Source of the DNA: Antedon mediterranea
Lineage: Eukaryota > Animalia > Echinodermata
Assembly: GCF_964355755.1 (NCBI RefSeq)
Contig: NC_092674.1
Location: 16,554,001-16,618,000 of the forward strand
Length of the DNA stretch: 64,000 nt
Direction: 5' to 3'
The notes beneath the pieces are model-generated. The model was given only the letters and a program-made list of their open reading frames with translations. It made no database searches and was not told the DNA's origin. How positions within the stretch are numbered: position 1 is the stretch's first letter; each line of letters opens with the position of its first letter. A program made the translations under genes and the position numbers. This document shows, in pieces, positions 14,153 to 28,072 of this stretch.

Positions 14153-15701
14153 TTAACAATGTACTGTTCACTAATTAAAATCGGCGCCGCCTAAAAATCC
14201 TACCCAGACTAGGCCTAGGTGTATAGCCTAATTTAGCCGGACGAGACAATTTCATGCGCCGAATCGACATCGGAGTGGAGTCTAGTTTCTGCGGCCTAGG
14301 CTTACGCTAAATTATTTAATCCTACCTTGGCTTAGCTAATTATAAATACGCCGACGTAAATATAAAAAAATATATGCAAACCAATATATTTCATGTTAAG
14401 ATTTACAGTAACATAAGCTTACAGTAGGCCACCTATTTAATTATTACAACATGTCACTGTGTAATAGTATTCTGTAGCTATTGTGTGATGGTGGGAAACA
14501 GTTAATTTAGAGAGAGTATCGCGTTTCATGTCACGTGACACAAAATCTAGGTAAACGATCTTCGTCGCATTTCCAGGCCTGCCATAATATGACCACAAAA
14601 AAAAATCTAGGTCTATGTGCGATCGACATTCCGATACTATATTTAGAATGTTAATGATCTTTTGTTGTCGGCATCGTTTCTGGATCGACTGGACGTTTTA
14701 TTTAGAAGTTGGCCTAAGCCTATACTACTACTAGGCCTAGTGTGCCATCATGCCTCTACCGTGGGAAATTTCTATTTATTTATATATTTGCAGTCGCAGT
14801 CGAGTAGATAAAAAACACCACGAAGAATACGGTTACGATTAATAATATTTATTATTAATAAATGCTTCTGAGTAATTTACAACTTGGTCCTCCGTCAGTC
14901 AAAATTGACTCATTAATTTTGCACACCTTGTTACCTCACAAAAAACATCATAGGGTTGTCTACGAAATGCATTTTTTCCGACCTTATTTTGAAATGCGTG
15001 GGTTTGGCGGAGTAGCCGGAACCCCTCACCCAATTTTTGGGGGATCGTCGACCACCACTCATGACATGCTGGTGACATCCCTGCCTACTAAATTTGTTTT
15101 CGCGCCGCGGCTTTAGCCAGCAATGTCCCAAGAGGACATACTCATTAAGAAGCTTTATCATCGCGGTAGCTATAGTTCTAAGGCCGACAGTTTTGGGAAT
15201 TTTTAAACTACACAATTTTCCGCGTCTTTTAATAATTTATTTTGTATATCAACATTGGAAATATCAATAAAATATGTTATTAAATGTTTTATAAGATAGA
15301 TAAAGTTGTTTCTTTAACGGAATTCGGACAAATCATTGATCTAAATACGCGAGAGAAAACATTCCGTTGATGGGTGATTCGCGTCACCAATCAAATAGTC
15401 AGAATCCAAATTCATTCAACCGTGAGCTCTGCCAATTCAATTTATTTAATTGTTTGAAATGAATATGATGACTTTTTCAAATTAAAAATAAAGTTCATAC
15501 TGTATGTCTGAGTTGGTTTATTTATTGTATACCAGTGAGATATTGCATCATTGATGCACTTTTACTTTTTTATTTTATTTTCTTTCTCCCTTATTTGTCT
15601 TTCCCTTGCCCTTTTTTATACCCAGCCTTGTACGAATTTGCCAGCTCGGTAGACAGAGTAACCCTCCACCTTCTTCCCGTCTTCTAGATAGATTTTATTA
15701 G

Positions 15702-15836
<135 letters not shown>

Positions 15837-16712
15837 TAATGTTGTATTCAGATTATAAAAAGTTTAATTAAGCCTGAATTTTTGGGTGAAAATCATTTAA
15901 CTGTTATTCAACGGTAATACAAGAAGCTAATTTTACTTAATTTGTATAGGCCTCTGGTTTATATCCGTATTTTCCCCAGACCTTTTTAGTGCCATGGTAC
16001 CGTGATGCTTGGGACCTCTACCGTGACTCGGATGAAAACAGATTAATATAACTAATTGCACCTCCCGTAAGCGGCCGCACTTTCAAAAGCCTGTTTGTTC
16101 TTCTAATTAGTGCATTTGGTACCTTGTATGGTAAATTACCTCCCAAAGCGACCTCCCAAAAAATTTGTATTGACTTTTGACAACAAAAATATAATTTTTA
16201 TGCTTACTGTGCTTTATTTAGCTTTATTTCAAAATGGTTTTAAAGAAATTTCTGTGAAGAACATTCCTTTGTGTTTTAGATTGAGATGAGAAAACTACAC
16301 ATATTTTGACCAACCATTTTCATATGATAAAAGCTTTTAAAATTTGTCTGAAAATCATAAATAATAATAATATACTAATAACCGATTTTGGGGAACTTGG
16401 GCCCTCTGTGTTTATCCAAAAGAATTTGCTATGCGATTTAACAAGAATTGTCATTGTATGTACTTGGCCTAAACTTCCGTATTTCAATTTAATGTACATC
16501 TTTACGGTTAGAATAATAAAAAGGAAAATAAAATTATAATGTTAACATGATATTCCATGGGCGAACAGAATAGTTTAGCATTAGGCCTAGCTACAGTAGG
16601 CCTCTCTGATCCTAGCTAGGCCTCTACACACGGCGATCAGAGGTGATCCAAATTGATTCCTAATAGCCGGTGTCGACATAGCGATAAGTGGCTATTGTGC
16701 CTATACTAAAAA

Positions 16713-19700
16713 TAGGTATCCCAATGAAAAAATTCAGATTAATTTTTTTACATTTTCTTTCAGTTAACCATAAAGAACTTAATGTAATTAGCATTTTGCA
16801 ATTTAAATGATTGAAATCCAATTACCCGTTCTAAAGTTATGGTTATTTAAAGTGGTAAAAAAATATACGATTTTTTGCCTAAAAATGGTGTTTTTTGCAG
16901 TTGAAATTGGAAGCATTTTTAAAAGGTTATAACTTTTACAATAATTAGTTAAAAGTTTTGAATTTTGTTAAACCTATAGATATCACAGAGTTGTACAACT
17001 CTATTTTTTTTGGAGCCTCAACAAAACCTATTTTTTAAATTATTGGTCCGCAAAGTGGTAGGAAAGCATTTAACGCCCATTTTTGCTGGAATTCCCTAAA
17101 AAATGAAAAAACTGCAATTTTTCAATGATCTGTAACTTTTGAACTACTGTACTAATTCATTTAATTTTTTTTGTAATTGTTAGAATGTAGTGTATATTTC
17201 ATTAATAAATATATTTTAGATGTGTATATGAAAAAAAAAAAATTTTTTAATGGTGAAATTTAAAATTATAAAAAAAAAAATGAAAAAGTATGTTAAAAAC
17301 GGTGTGTACTGTTTCCTTTCGTTTACACTAATTTTCGGTAAGTATAATTATTAGAATATTTTAATATACCAGACCTTGATTTAAAAGGAGCGCCATGGCG
17401 CTGACGCTCCTTGGCGCTCCTGAAAACGATCAAAGGAGCGCCTAAAATAGCGCTCCCCAACCTGTTACAGTGCGTCATAAAAATATATATAATGATAAGA
17501 ATATTAACCCCGAATACAACACACAGTCTATATATAGTAGCGCAAACGATCTTTGTTATGGCTACCCCCGATAGGCTAGGCGCGCCTACGATCTTTGATG
17601 TTGCGAGAAAAATATCGTAAACAATTCATTCTAAATATAGTATCAGAACGTTCAATCGGTAGCTCAAAAAGACTGCCGTCAGAAGACCGTAATTATACAG
17701 ACCTAGTTTTTTTGGTCACATGGCATGAAACGCGATACTCTCTGCTTTACCGCATGACATGAAACATAATACTCTCTCTGATCTTTATAATAACTGCTCA
17801 CATGTTTTCCCCTCCAAATTCTGGTCGGGCCTTTTCTTATACACATGTCGCCTTTATGTTAAATCTTATAGTAATTAATATGGAATATATATTTATTTTG
17901 CATATATTTTGTTGGTGTCCTAGCCTAGGTGTCGTTGTTTTTATAATTCGCTAACCCAAGGTAGGATTAAATAATTTATAGTGTAGGCCGCCGAAACTAG
18001 ACTAGATAGATAGCCTCGACTCTCTCTCTCAGACTCTGCGTGAGCTGAGAGGTCCACTGACCCGATGTCGTCTCGTCGGCGGATTTCCGTCCAAATTAGG
18101 ATAACCGATGCGTAGGCCTAGCTAGGGTGGCTACAAAAATTGACGTCTACTATCTTTAGATAGGATTTTAATTAGCAAACAATTGTTTGTTTGCATTGTC
18201 CATGCTTCTAAAGGCGATGACAATGGTGTTTACTAACCCTACGAACCACCCTACGATCGACGCGTTGATAATTATCATAACAATACATCGTAGACTACGT
18301 TCAGAGAACAATGACCTACGATGAATTTTACGTGCGAGAGTACCATTTCCGGCCATCTAGAGGTGTCATTTATCAAAATTCGGCTCGCCACAGGCCCAAC
18401 CATGGTGGGCCTGTGCCTCGAATACTTAATCAAAATAATGGCTCTCCTCAACATATTTAGGAGAGCCATTAGGAGCTCTCCTCTTATATTTATAAATCAA
18501 GGTCTGATATACTTTATATTTATAATTTCAATCATAAATACTATTATATATAACTTTTGAATACGTAAAACAAGATTTTAGGCCCATATGATTATGACAC
18601 CAAATCTAAGCCGGGCTGCTATAGTAAGATATGCTCTTTTAAGGCAAACGCACAATATGGGTCAAAATAAACTCATTTAAAATAATCAATGTTAATTAAA
18701 ACAATTACCTGAATAGTATATATAACATTATAAAAATTGTTTTCTTTTCGTATTATTACGTTATTAAATTGAAATACGGAGCTAAAGTTTAGGCCAAGTC
18801 ACGGCTTACTCGCGATCAGTAGTCGCTCCCGTTAAAGTATTTCGGTCGCAGTTAATGACTTTCGGCCGCCGTATACAGAGTCAAATGTAACGTTGGTAAA
18901 TTAGCTTAATAAATTTCCTCGGTACATTTTAACCTAACGCATTTGCATTGTATACTTGCATAATAAATCTTCCGCACATTACATCAATTTTAAGTTGTTA
19001 AATTAATGTGTAAAACCAGATATTCTACGACGGAAAAGGACATGTCAATCTCCGACATCGCTGCTGTCACACATCTCGCGTCGAGCCGGTCGAACTCGAG
19101 CGAGGAAAACTAAACAACGTGTTCAAAATATGGAACGTACCATTCGCTGATAGGGTGCATTAATGTATTTAACGGAAAACGCCACAACAAACACGCGCGT
19201 ATTTTAGAGTACAATATTTTACTCACTACAATATTCACCGGATTATAATGGTTGGATCTTTAAAATTTTGAACGGGATTTACGCCTCATGCACCATTTTA
19301 AAATGTAGTTCGCACAATTACCATGCACAATACGTTTGTAAACTATGTTTTATCGATTTCAATGTAGATTTAGCTATAATTTAATACCAAAATCCATAAT
19401 ATTTTTCCATAAACGGTGAATCAAAATTGGATTTTTGTCACAAAAATTGACTTTTCGTTACGAAAAACCTATTTATAGAAGACGATTTTCGTATCAAATT
19501 AAAGCTTATTTAAAGCCTGATAACATACAACAAAAATTAATCCGCTAGCTCCAATGGTAATCGTGCGATCGTGTTTTGAAAACTGATGGGGATTTTCCGA
19601 TGAGGTTTTCAACGCGCGGAAATCGGCTCGACGGGATTTTAGAACCGTTTTAAAATCGCATTTTCTCGGCAACTAATTCATTAATTTTAATTATAAACAC

Positions 19701-19863
19701 ACTTATACATAGATTAAAACAAGTACTTTCAAACAATATAAATTTTGTAAGTATTAATTAAGATTGAATACGATTTATTTAACATCAAAGTCATACTACT
19801 TTTTCGAATTTCGTCAATATTTCAAAAGTGATACCCCTCTGTGCGCTTTCATTGGGATACCTA
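16713..19863. mobile_element. hAT-like non-autonomous element with 7-bp TSD (hATw-like)
   Basis: 17-bp TIR TAGGTATCCCAATGAAA; CTAAAAA duplicated at 16706-16712 and 19864-19870. Confidence 0.75.
17370..18506. mobile_element. hAT-like MITE with 6-bp TSD (hAT6-like), nested in 16713-19863
   Basis: 14-bp TIR CAGACCTTGATTTA; ATATAC duplicated at 17364-17369 and 18507-18512; GGAGCGCC-type subterminal repeats. Confidence 0.78.
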
Positions 19864-22179
19864 CTAAAAAGTACCCTTTTTTGACAAATTACGAATGGCA
19901 AACATTTGCTAGTTACTGCAAGTTTCAACTAGCAAATTATGAAACAACTCTGGGTACTGTAATATAGTGTTTTGGGTTGAGGTACTAATGAAGACTCTTA
20001 CTCGCTTAACTGTCGTAACACATATTGTTTATTCAGTATAATACTTCAGTACAATATACAACTATAAGTATAGATAAGGAACGGAGGATCAGTGATGCTG
20101 TCGGTGAGGTGTGAAGTGTGTAGGTCTGCTTCTGAAGAAGTGGCTGTAAGGTGTGTCTGGGCCCTTCTGAAACTTGGGGGTATATTGGCTTCGGTTCATT
20201 TGCATATGTCACTACGTAATCTGTGAGGGTAACGATTGGTCCTAAGTTGATCCAGGGGTGTTTAAGTGGGAGTGATTGATCTTATCTGGGGAGGTTACAA
20301 TGATGAATTGGCCCTGTCGAATCTCTGCTAAAAACTGTCAATATCTAATTGTTTTACGATGGGAACAGTCACAAAGTTAAGCTAAGTGTTTTCTTTAGGG
20401 ATTCTATTATAAACTAAATGGTCATTAAAACATCTGGACAAACTCTCCTCTGGACTTTCTGGGTCAAGTTTGTGAACCTATTTGAATTCTGATACAAAGG
20501 TCAATTTCTTACTTATAAAAGTATATCGTTATATTACAGTACAGTACGTTACCATGCGCGCGATGTCATTGATGAAATTATTTTGTCCATAGGTAAACAC
20601 ATTTTTATGTATTATTATTCTGAAAATAATTGAACTGTAAAATAATTCTTTTGAGTGTTTGTTTGTTTATTTACATATCATTCCATCAGATCAACTATTT
20701 TTTATTTCAATTACATCCAACCAAACATGTAAATAATGTGGTTAAAATATGATATCATCTAACGCGTAGGGCCGTACAAACGGTCCGGTGACCTTACCCT
20801 ATTCAACCTCTCATGACCTGGGATTTTTTTGTCTTCCTATGCCAAAATAATATAGTTCCACATATTTTATTATAGTTTCAATTTTCTCGATATAAGGCCT
20901 TTATTATTCAAATCTATTAGAGAAAAAGCACACATACCATAACGAATGTCCATTTATTTCATTTTTTAAACAAAATTGTGAATATTCCATGAGGTTCAAA
21001 AACAAAACTAACTGATCTTTCCCGCGATCGGCAGAGCTCACGGTTAAATGATTTTGGATTCTGGCTATTTGATTGGTGAACGCGAATTACCCACAGTGGA
21101 ATGTCTATATAGAATTGGTTACGGCTGCTGCATAGCAAATTTTAAGCTTCTTAAATTTCTTCATTACATTTCTTCCTAACGTACTTACTTTATATTAATT
21201 ATAGAGATTGATAAATATTCCACTTGTTAAATAACTTTAAAAATCGGCAAAATTGATGGTTCAAAGCAAATGTTCCATGAGAGGCGACATTTTTCGACAT
21301 GCCTCGTGTGCGGCGAAGACTAGTTCTGAAAATGGAACAGTCCACGGCGAGGGTATCAAATTATTAATTAACATGCTAATACAGTACATGAATACCCTGC
21401 ACATTGCCTGGGCGACGTATTTTAGTAATACTGTAAAAGGAAGACTGAATCCCCCTGTAAGGAAAATGGTAAACACTGATGTTTATGGTCGGGATTATTT
21501 TTTTCAGTGGTTGGCCTCTGTGCACGAGGTCCACGCAAAGTCAAATAAAACAATGTTGTTTATCAAACAGAAATATAAATTAACTTCAATTTTACTAAAT
21601 TAACCAGATTTTGATAATGAGAAAGACTCAAATTAAAATATTTAATAAACATAGATTAAAAATATATAAAAATAATCCCTTAATCAAAATCTTTCCAGAC
21701 ATAATTTATTCACATGGGTACATAAGAAATAGTATATTTTTAACTTCTAAAGACATACCCATTTTTTAAATTTCACGAACGTGTTCAAATCGTGGTAACG
21801 AAATCTGCTTCATTGGGATACTACTATAAACCTTATTGAAAATTCTTATGAAATGTTCGTCTGTAACGCTCAGATTTTATAACCCTTGTTGAAAAATGGT
21901 AGATTCCTCAAATATAAAAATCTAATTCACACAGCACAATTTTTCTTTAGCGTCTTTTATTTTCGCAAAGTCTGAACAGTCAAAAGTAAAGTAAAGTATA
22001 AAATTCCTCATCAAGTATTGCTTTCATTTTCTAGTATTTCAAAGTGAAGGGATAGTGTATAACAAAATCAATAGCCGCCGTAAATACAGTAGCTCCGAAT
22101 TTTATTCGTGATACAATTTGTTTTTATTTTAATAATTTGTCAAAGTATTTTTATCAGAGTGCGCACTCTCAAAATTTAA

Positions 22180-22545
<366 letters not shown>

Positions 22546-25500
22546 TAATTGCGTGGCGTAATGTACGATTGTAACATACCACGCGTAGCCTACGTACACA
22601 CACGATTATTTTATGCGTAGCCTACGAAGACGATGAGGCCTACGCCGCCTGCCCGAACGATAGTAGGCGGCTAGTAGTAGTAGTAGCGAGAGTGTAGCGA
22701 TACCTCAACATAAAGTATAAATAAAAACCAATTGCTGATACATTAAATATTATCTAAATCTATATAAACAATACTAAAGTTTATTTTACTTCCTGGGCTC
22801 GCACTGGCCGATCGCCAAGTCGCCATGGGCAAAAACGTTTCCAGATTGGCGAAAAATAAAACGGCTACTTTAGCCATTTTGGCGATGACATATGATAAAA
22901 TAGATAATCAAATAATCATTTTGGCGAAAGTATAAAGTCCAACTAAAAGGTCCATTTGTCGATCTTCAAGCATTTATTTTGTTCGTTATAATGTTGTTTA
23001 CTTCAAGCTCCATTTTCGTCAACTTGTTTCGTTGTACCAGGCGTCTCTTTGTTTTTTCAATATGATGGAGGTATAATGCACAGAGAGACAGACATTACAC
23101 GACACATGGATGATGGAGTCTACCCAAACTATCACGTGTTGCGCTGCACAAACGATCGACGACTCGACAGCCGACGGTCGGCTATTTACCGGGATTGTCT
23201 ATTTTTCGATAGGGGTGTACTTTTCAGATTCAAAACAAACATAGTATCTTCAATGAATGATCTTATCAAAATCAATATTTATGCGTTATGCATTTTAGGC
23301 TCCAATAATGTAGTTTCATATTTTACCCTTAATAAAGTTTCCTCGTGCGTGCAGTGCGTCAGTAGAGTAAACAAAATAACATTCGGGAAATGGTAGAGTC
23401 TAACAGGGATTTAGCTAAACAAACACGTGCATTTATTGCGGACTATATAAACAGCAAGGCCGGCCGGCCGCCGGCTTCTGTGTTGTTGGGTAATAAATAA
23501 TCGAGCTGGGATGGTATAAATTTCTCCCCCGACAGAAACGCTTTTTCCCTGTGCTTTGGCCTATATTATCTGCACGTTCAACAACGATACGAGTGTTCGT
23601 TTGCTAGAAATATTTTTAGCATTTATACGACGTACCGTCGTACATAATTTTATTATGTTGATTATTATTAAATTGATAACTGTATGAATGCTGTATGATT
23701 AAAAACAATTTGAACAATTGTTTTGATCATATAAAATACAACAACTAGATTTGAACTCGTCACTTTGATGAGTTCGGGTTATCCGCGCAAATGCAACATG
23801 CACAAACCAGGGAGTTTTCAACTCCCTGCACAAACTTAACTATATGAACCTCGACAATTCCATTGAAAAAATGTTAGTGCGCTCTCTATTTTGTGTCACG
23901 TCTAAGGGAGCGTGCCCAAATGTTTTTACTCCGTTAAACTTGTTGTAACGCAACTAGTTTAACGATTTACCGTTATATGCGAGCTAATTTAAATGGGGTT
24001 GGGCGTGTTCAGTGAGGCATATCAAGCCCTCCGTTTACTAGCTACTATGCTGTTGTGATCACTCCATTGTTTAACGCGTAATTAACGGGAGACCGGACAT
24101 GCCGTTCAGTGTTGCGTTATTAACAGTCCTTGTTATGGTATGTTGCGTGAAATCCTATGATGACTCAAAATAACGGGTTATTAGCAGTCCGGTCATTGTT
24201 GTTACAACGCGTTGTTAACACGATTGTTAATTCGTTTAATAGCTTTTTGGGCTCGTATGTTATGTTATGTTATGTTATAATTATATTTATTAAAATAATC
24301 ATGTATTATACTGTATCCTAGGCCTACCGTAAAATAAAAATATATATAGGCTGAGGCCTACACGGTAAAATAAAAATATAGGTCTAAGCATACTATTTAC
24401 GATTCGATTCATGCTATTTTTTAGCCTGGTACGTCGGGCGACACGTGTCTAAATTTCTAATTTAAAGGTCAAATTTGCGTGTCAAAAGTGCGACTTATAC
24501 ACAATAGTCACAGTTCAGTCAGTTATAGTCACAAGCAATAGGGGATATGCTGTAGACAAAAATCCGGGAAAGAAAGAAGAATAACAAAGAAGATGAAAAA
24601 GATATTTACAATCACAAGGGTTATCCTGCAACTAAGTTGCGGATAACCAAAAAAAAAAAAAGATGATGAAACAGGACAGTTACAAGGAGTTATCCGTGAA
24701 TGCGGATAACTAATAATACAGAAAAAAAAAAATTGATCCAATACAATCACAAGGAGTTATCCGCTATTAAGCGGATAACTAACTAGACATGTAACTCGTC
24801 ACTTTGACGAGTTTGGTTATCCGCCGCGCAAGTGGTGCAACATTAACATTAAGGCGATGGGTTGAGGACAAAAGGAAGTGTTCACGTTGGCATTATGACC
24901 TGAACTGAAGAATATGATATGTTGTTATTGCTGAATTTTATTATTTAAATTCTTATATAGTATACACAGTATAATCTGTATCCATATCACATACAGTGTA
25001 GAATAGGTGAAATTACGGGACCCGCTATTTATTGCAATTTTTAACATGTTGACGGTTTTAAAATGAAACGCGAAGGTAGCAATTCCGAAAGGAAATTATC
25101 TCAGCAACAACGTATTAGCGTGTAGAAGAAATTTGAATACGTGAAATATTGATGCGCGCTCTTTTAAATGTAATGAATTATGACGCAAAAGATGAAAATA
25201 CGACCTTTTTTATTTAACTGGCCATATGATGACGTCACAACATCCGATTGGCAACATTTTTACATAATTTCGTATCTACAATTCAATAGCTTCTAGAAAA
25301 AGTTTTAATCGTGATTATCACATTTTATTCTTACGAGCTATACAGGTAACAGATTAAAATTTACTGTAAAGATGAAATTAATGCCACACGTGATTTAAAT
25401 TTTTAGGCATGATGACGTAAAAAAAATTAAAATATTTTTAACACGGGCGAAAGATACTTGATCGACCTAGACAATATCAAAATCGGGGTGAAAATGGAAA

Positions 25501-28072
25501 ACGGATAAGTGGAGATGCGCTCTATTCAATATGATGAGCGATGACGAAAGATACAAAAATCCTAAAATTTATATTCGCGTGGCCATACGATGACGTCACA
25601 ATGTCCGGTTAGCCATATTAATACCTGATCCGATATCTACAACTCATCTACTTCCAGAATATGCCATCCACAAAAAGTTGACCGTCTAGTTTTGAAATTA
25701 CGACTGTTTAAAAAAAGGCATATTTTAAACGAATTTTTTAACCTTTTCATAAAAAACGCGCGCAAATTGTCCAATTCGCATTAGTGCTCGTATGACGTAT
25801 CTTTAAGTCGAAATTGTTTAAAATTTGATAAAATTACTAGAAAAGGCTGGAAAAATATAAATCACGCGAAAAAAATATGTTTTCAATGCTACGTGCGCAC
25901 CGCACACGTAAAAATGTGCGCACGCGTGGGAATTTTTGGCATGCTTAAAACGACATGAAACGCGTAGAAAGTTGATTATAAATTAATTTTGCGCATTTTG
26001 AAATTTTAAATGCGCTTGCGCGCGTAACTTTGTGTAAAACACGCAATTTTTTTTCAACAGAAAGTTAGCGCATGATATAAATTAAACTTTTGCAAAGTTT
26101 CAAGTTGAAATGTTATTTGGTTGTCGAGCTATGTTAAATAGGACAAAATCGTTAAATCGCGCGTAACTCACGTTGCGAAATTGTAAACGTCATGAAAAGC
26201 TTCGCTTGACGACGTTACGTAAATGTCAATATGTTAAGATAGTTACCGAAATGTTATGTTTGCGAGTTTTAGAGAAAAGCGTTACACAAAAATCATACAG
26301 AAAGAAAGAAGATGAACTAGAATTTAATTCGTCACTTTGACGAATTATAGGTGATCATTTTTATCATTTTACTGAAATTAATTTTTTTTTACATGCACGT
26401 ACTGTACGTTATCATACGATCAGAAAATGTTGATGTATGACGTCCCATTATACGCTTATAGTGCTGAGTTGTGCCTATTATATGCCATATACAATATGTA
26501 CATATATTTAATGTATATCTATATACAGTGTAGCATAGGTGAAATTACGGGACACACATCATGTTCTAATTTTTTGTTATGATAGAATTATCAAAATAAA
26601 CTCGATGATGACAATTTCGAAAGATAATGAATTGAGCAAATAAATATAAGAATTGGAAGAGAATTTGGCACGTAGAAGCGCTGTGAAATTGAAATTTGTA
26701 TAACTTTGACGAAAAAGATGAAAAAACTACTTTTTAACTTCAACTGGCCATATGTTAACGTCACAACATCCGATAGGCTTGATTTTTATATGAATTCATA
26801 TCTACATTTCATCAGCTTTCATAATAAATTATAATCATCAAGGTAACCTTAAATTCTGAAGAGCTGTAAGATATTCAAATTTACGGCAAAGGTGAAATTA
26901 CACGACCTACGTTATTCAACTTTTTACGCGTGATGATGTCGTCAAAATAAAAATAGTGGCAAGTCCTGAGAAAGTCAATTAATTGAGCAATCACATACTA
27001 AAATTTGAGCGAAAATCGGCACAAAATAACAGAGATGCGTTCTATTGAATGTGATAAAATATGACTAAAAAGAAAAAAAACTTTATTTTAAATTTAAGTG
27101 GCCATTTGATGACGTAATAACATTTTGTACGTAAAATATGTACATGAATTCATATATACAACTCAATGGCTTCCAGAATAAGTTAAAAAATTTGGGGGTC
27201 ATCGTGCATTCTTAAGAAATATTTTCATTTAAAAAATGCCTAATTTTTCACCATTTTCAGCACTTTGATGCAATTAATTTGCGCATTTTGTCATTTTTAA
27301 CCTGCTCGTATAGCGTTATTTTAAATCGGAACTGACTCAAATTTGGTAAATGTACTAAGGATGGTGAGTAGAATGCGATTTGTACAAAAAAAATCGTATT
27401 TTTATGCTTTTTAAGTATCGCGCGCGCAAAAACGTGTTTTTGCGCAGTAATTTTTTGAAACACGCAAAATGGCCCAATTCATGCTCTAAATTGATCAAAA
27501 CTTAATTTTGAGCTTTTTAAATTTTTAACGCGCGATTTCACGCGCATGACCCTACGTGCGCGTGCGTTTTTATTTGCTAATATTTTTACCCTTGACCTGA
27601 AGTTTACGTGTTGTGAATGTCGTTAATATGTGATAATGAATTATGGAGATATGATTGATAATGTGATTTCACAAAATGGCGTATAAATGACGTACGGATG
27701 AGTGATCACGCTGAAAAGCTTATTAGGACTAAGTTAAAGTATTTGAAAGACATTGTGAGATTTTGGTAATCATTAACATTAAACTTTTTGAGATATTTGT
27801 TACACAAAATCTGTACAGAGAGAAATAAAGAAGAATCATAAGAACTAGACATGTAACTCGTCACTTTGACGAGTTTGGTTATCCGCCGCGCAAGTGGTGC
27901 AACATTAACATTAAGGGCATAGGTTGAGGACAAAAGGAAGTGTTCACGTTGGCATTATGACCTGAACTGAAGAATATAATATGTTGTTATTGCTGAATTT
28001 TATTATTTAAATTCATATATAGTATACACAGTATATTAATCTGTATCCATATCACATACAGTGACATACATA

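Noticed and set aside
19968-20510. Possible solo LTR on the minus strand (AATAAA followed by a ...AAAACA end)
   Set aside because: No matching TG start, TSD or second LTR could be found.
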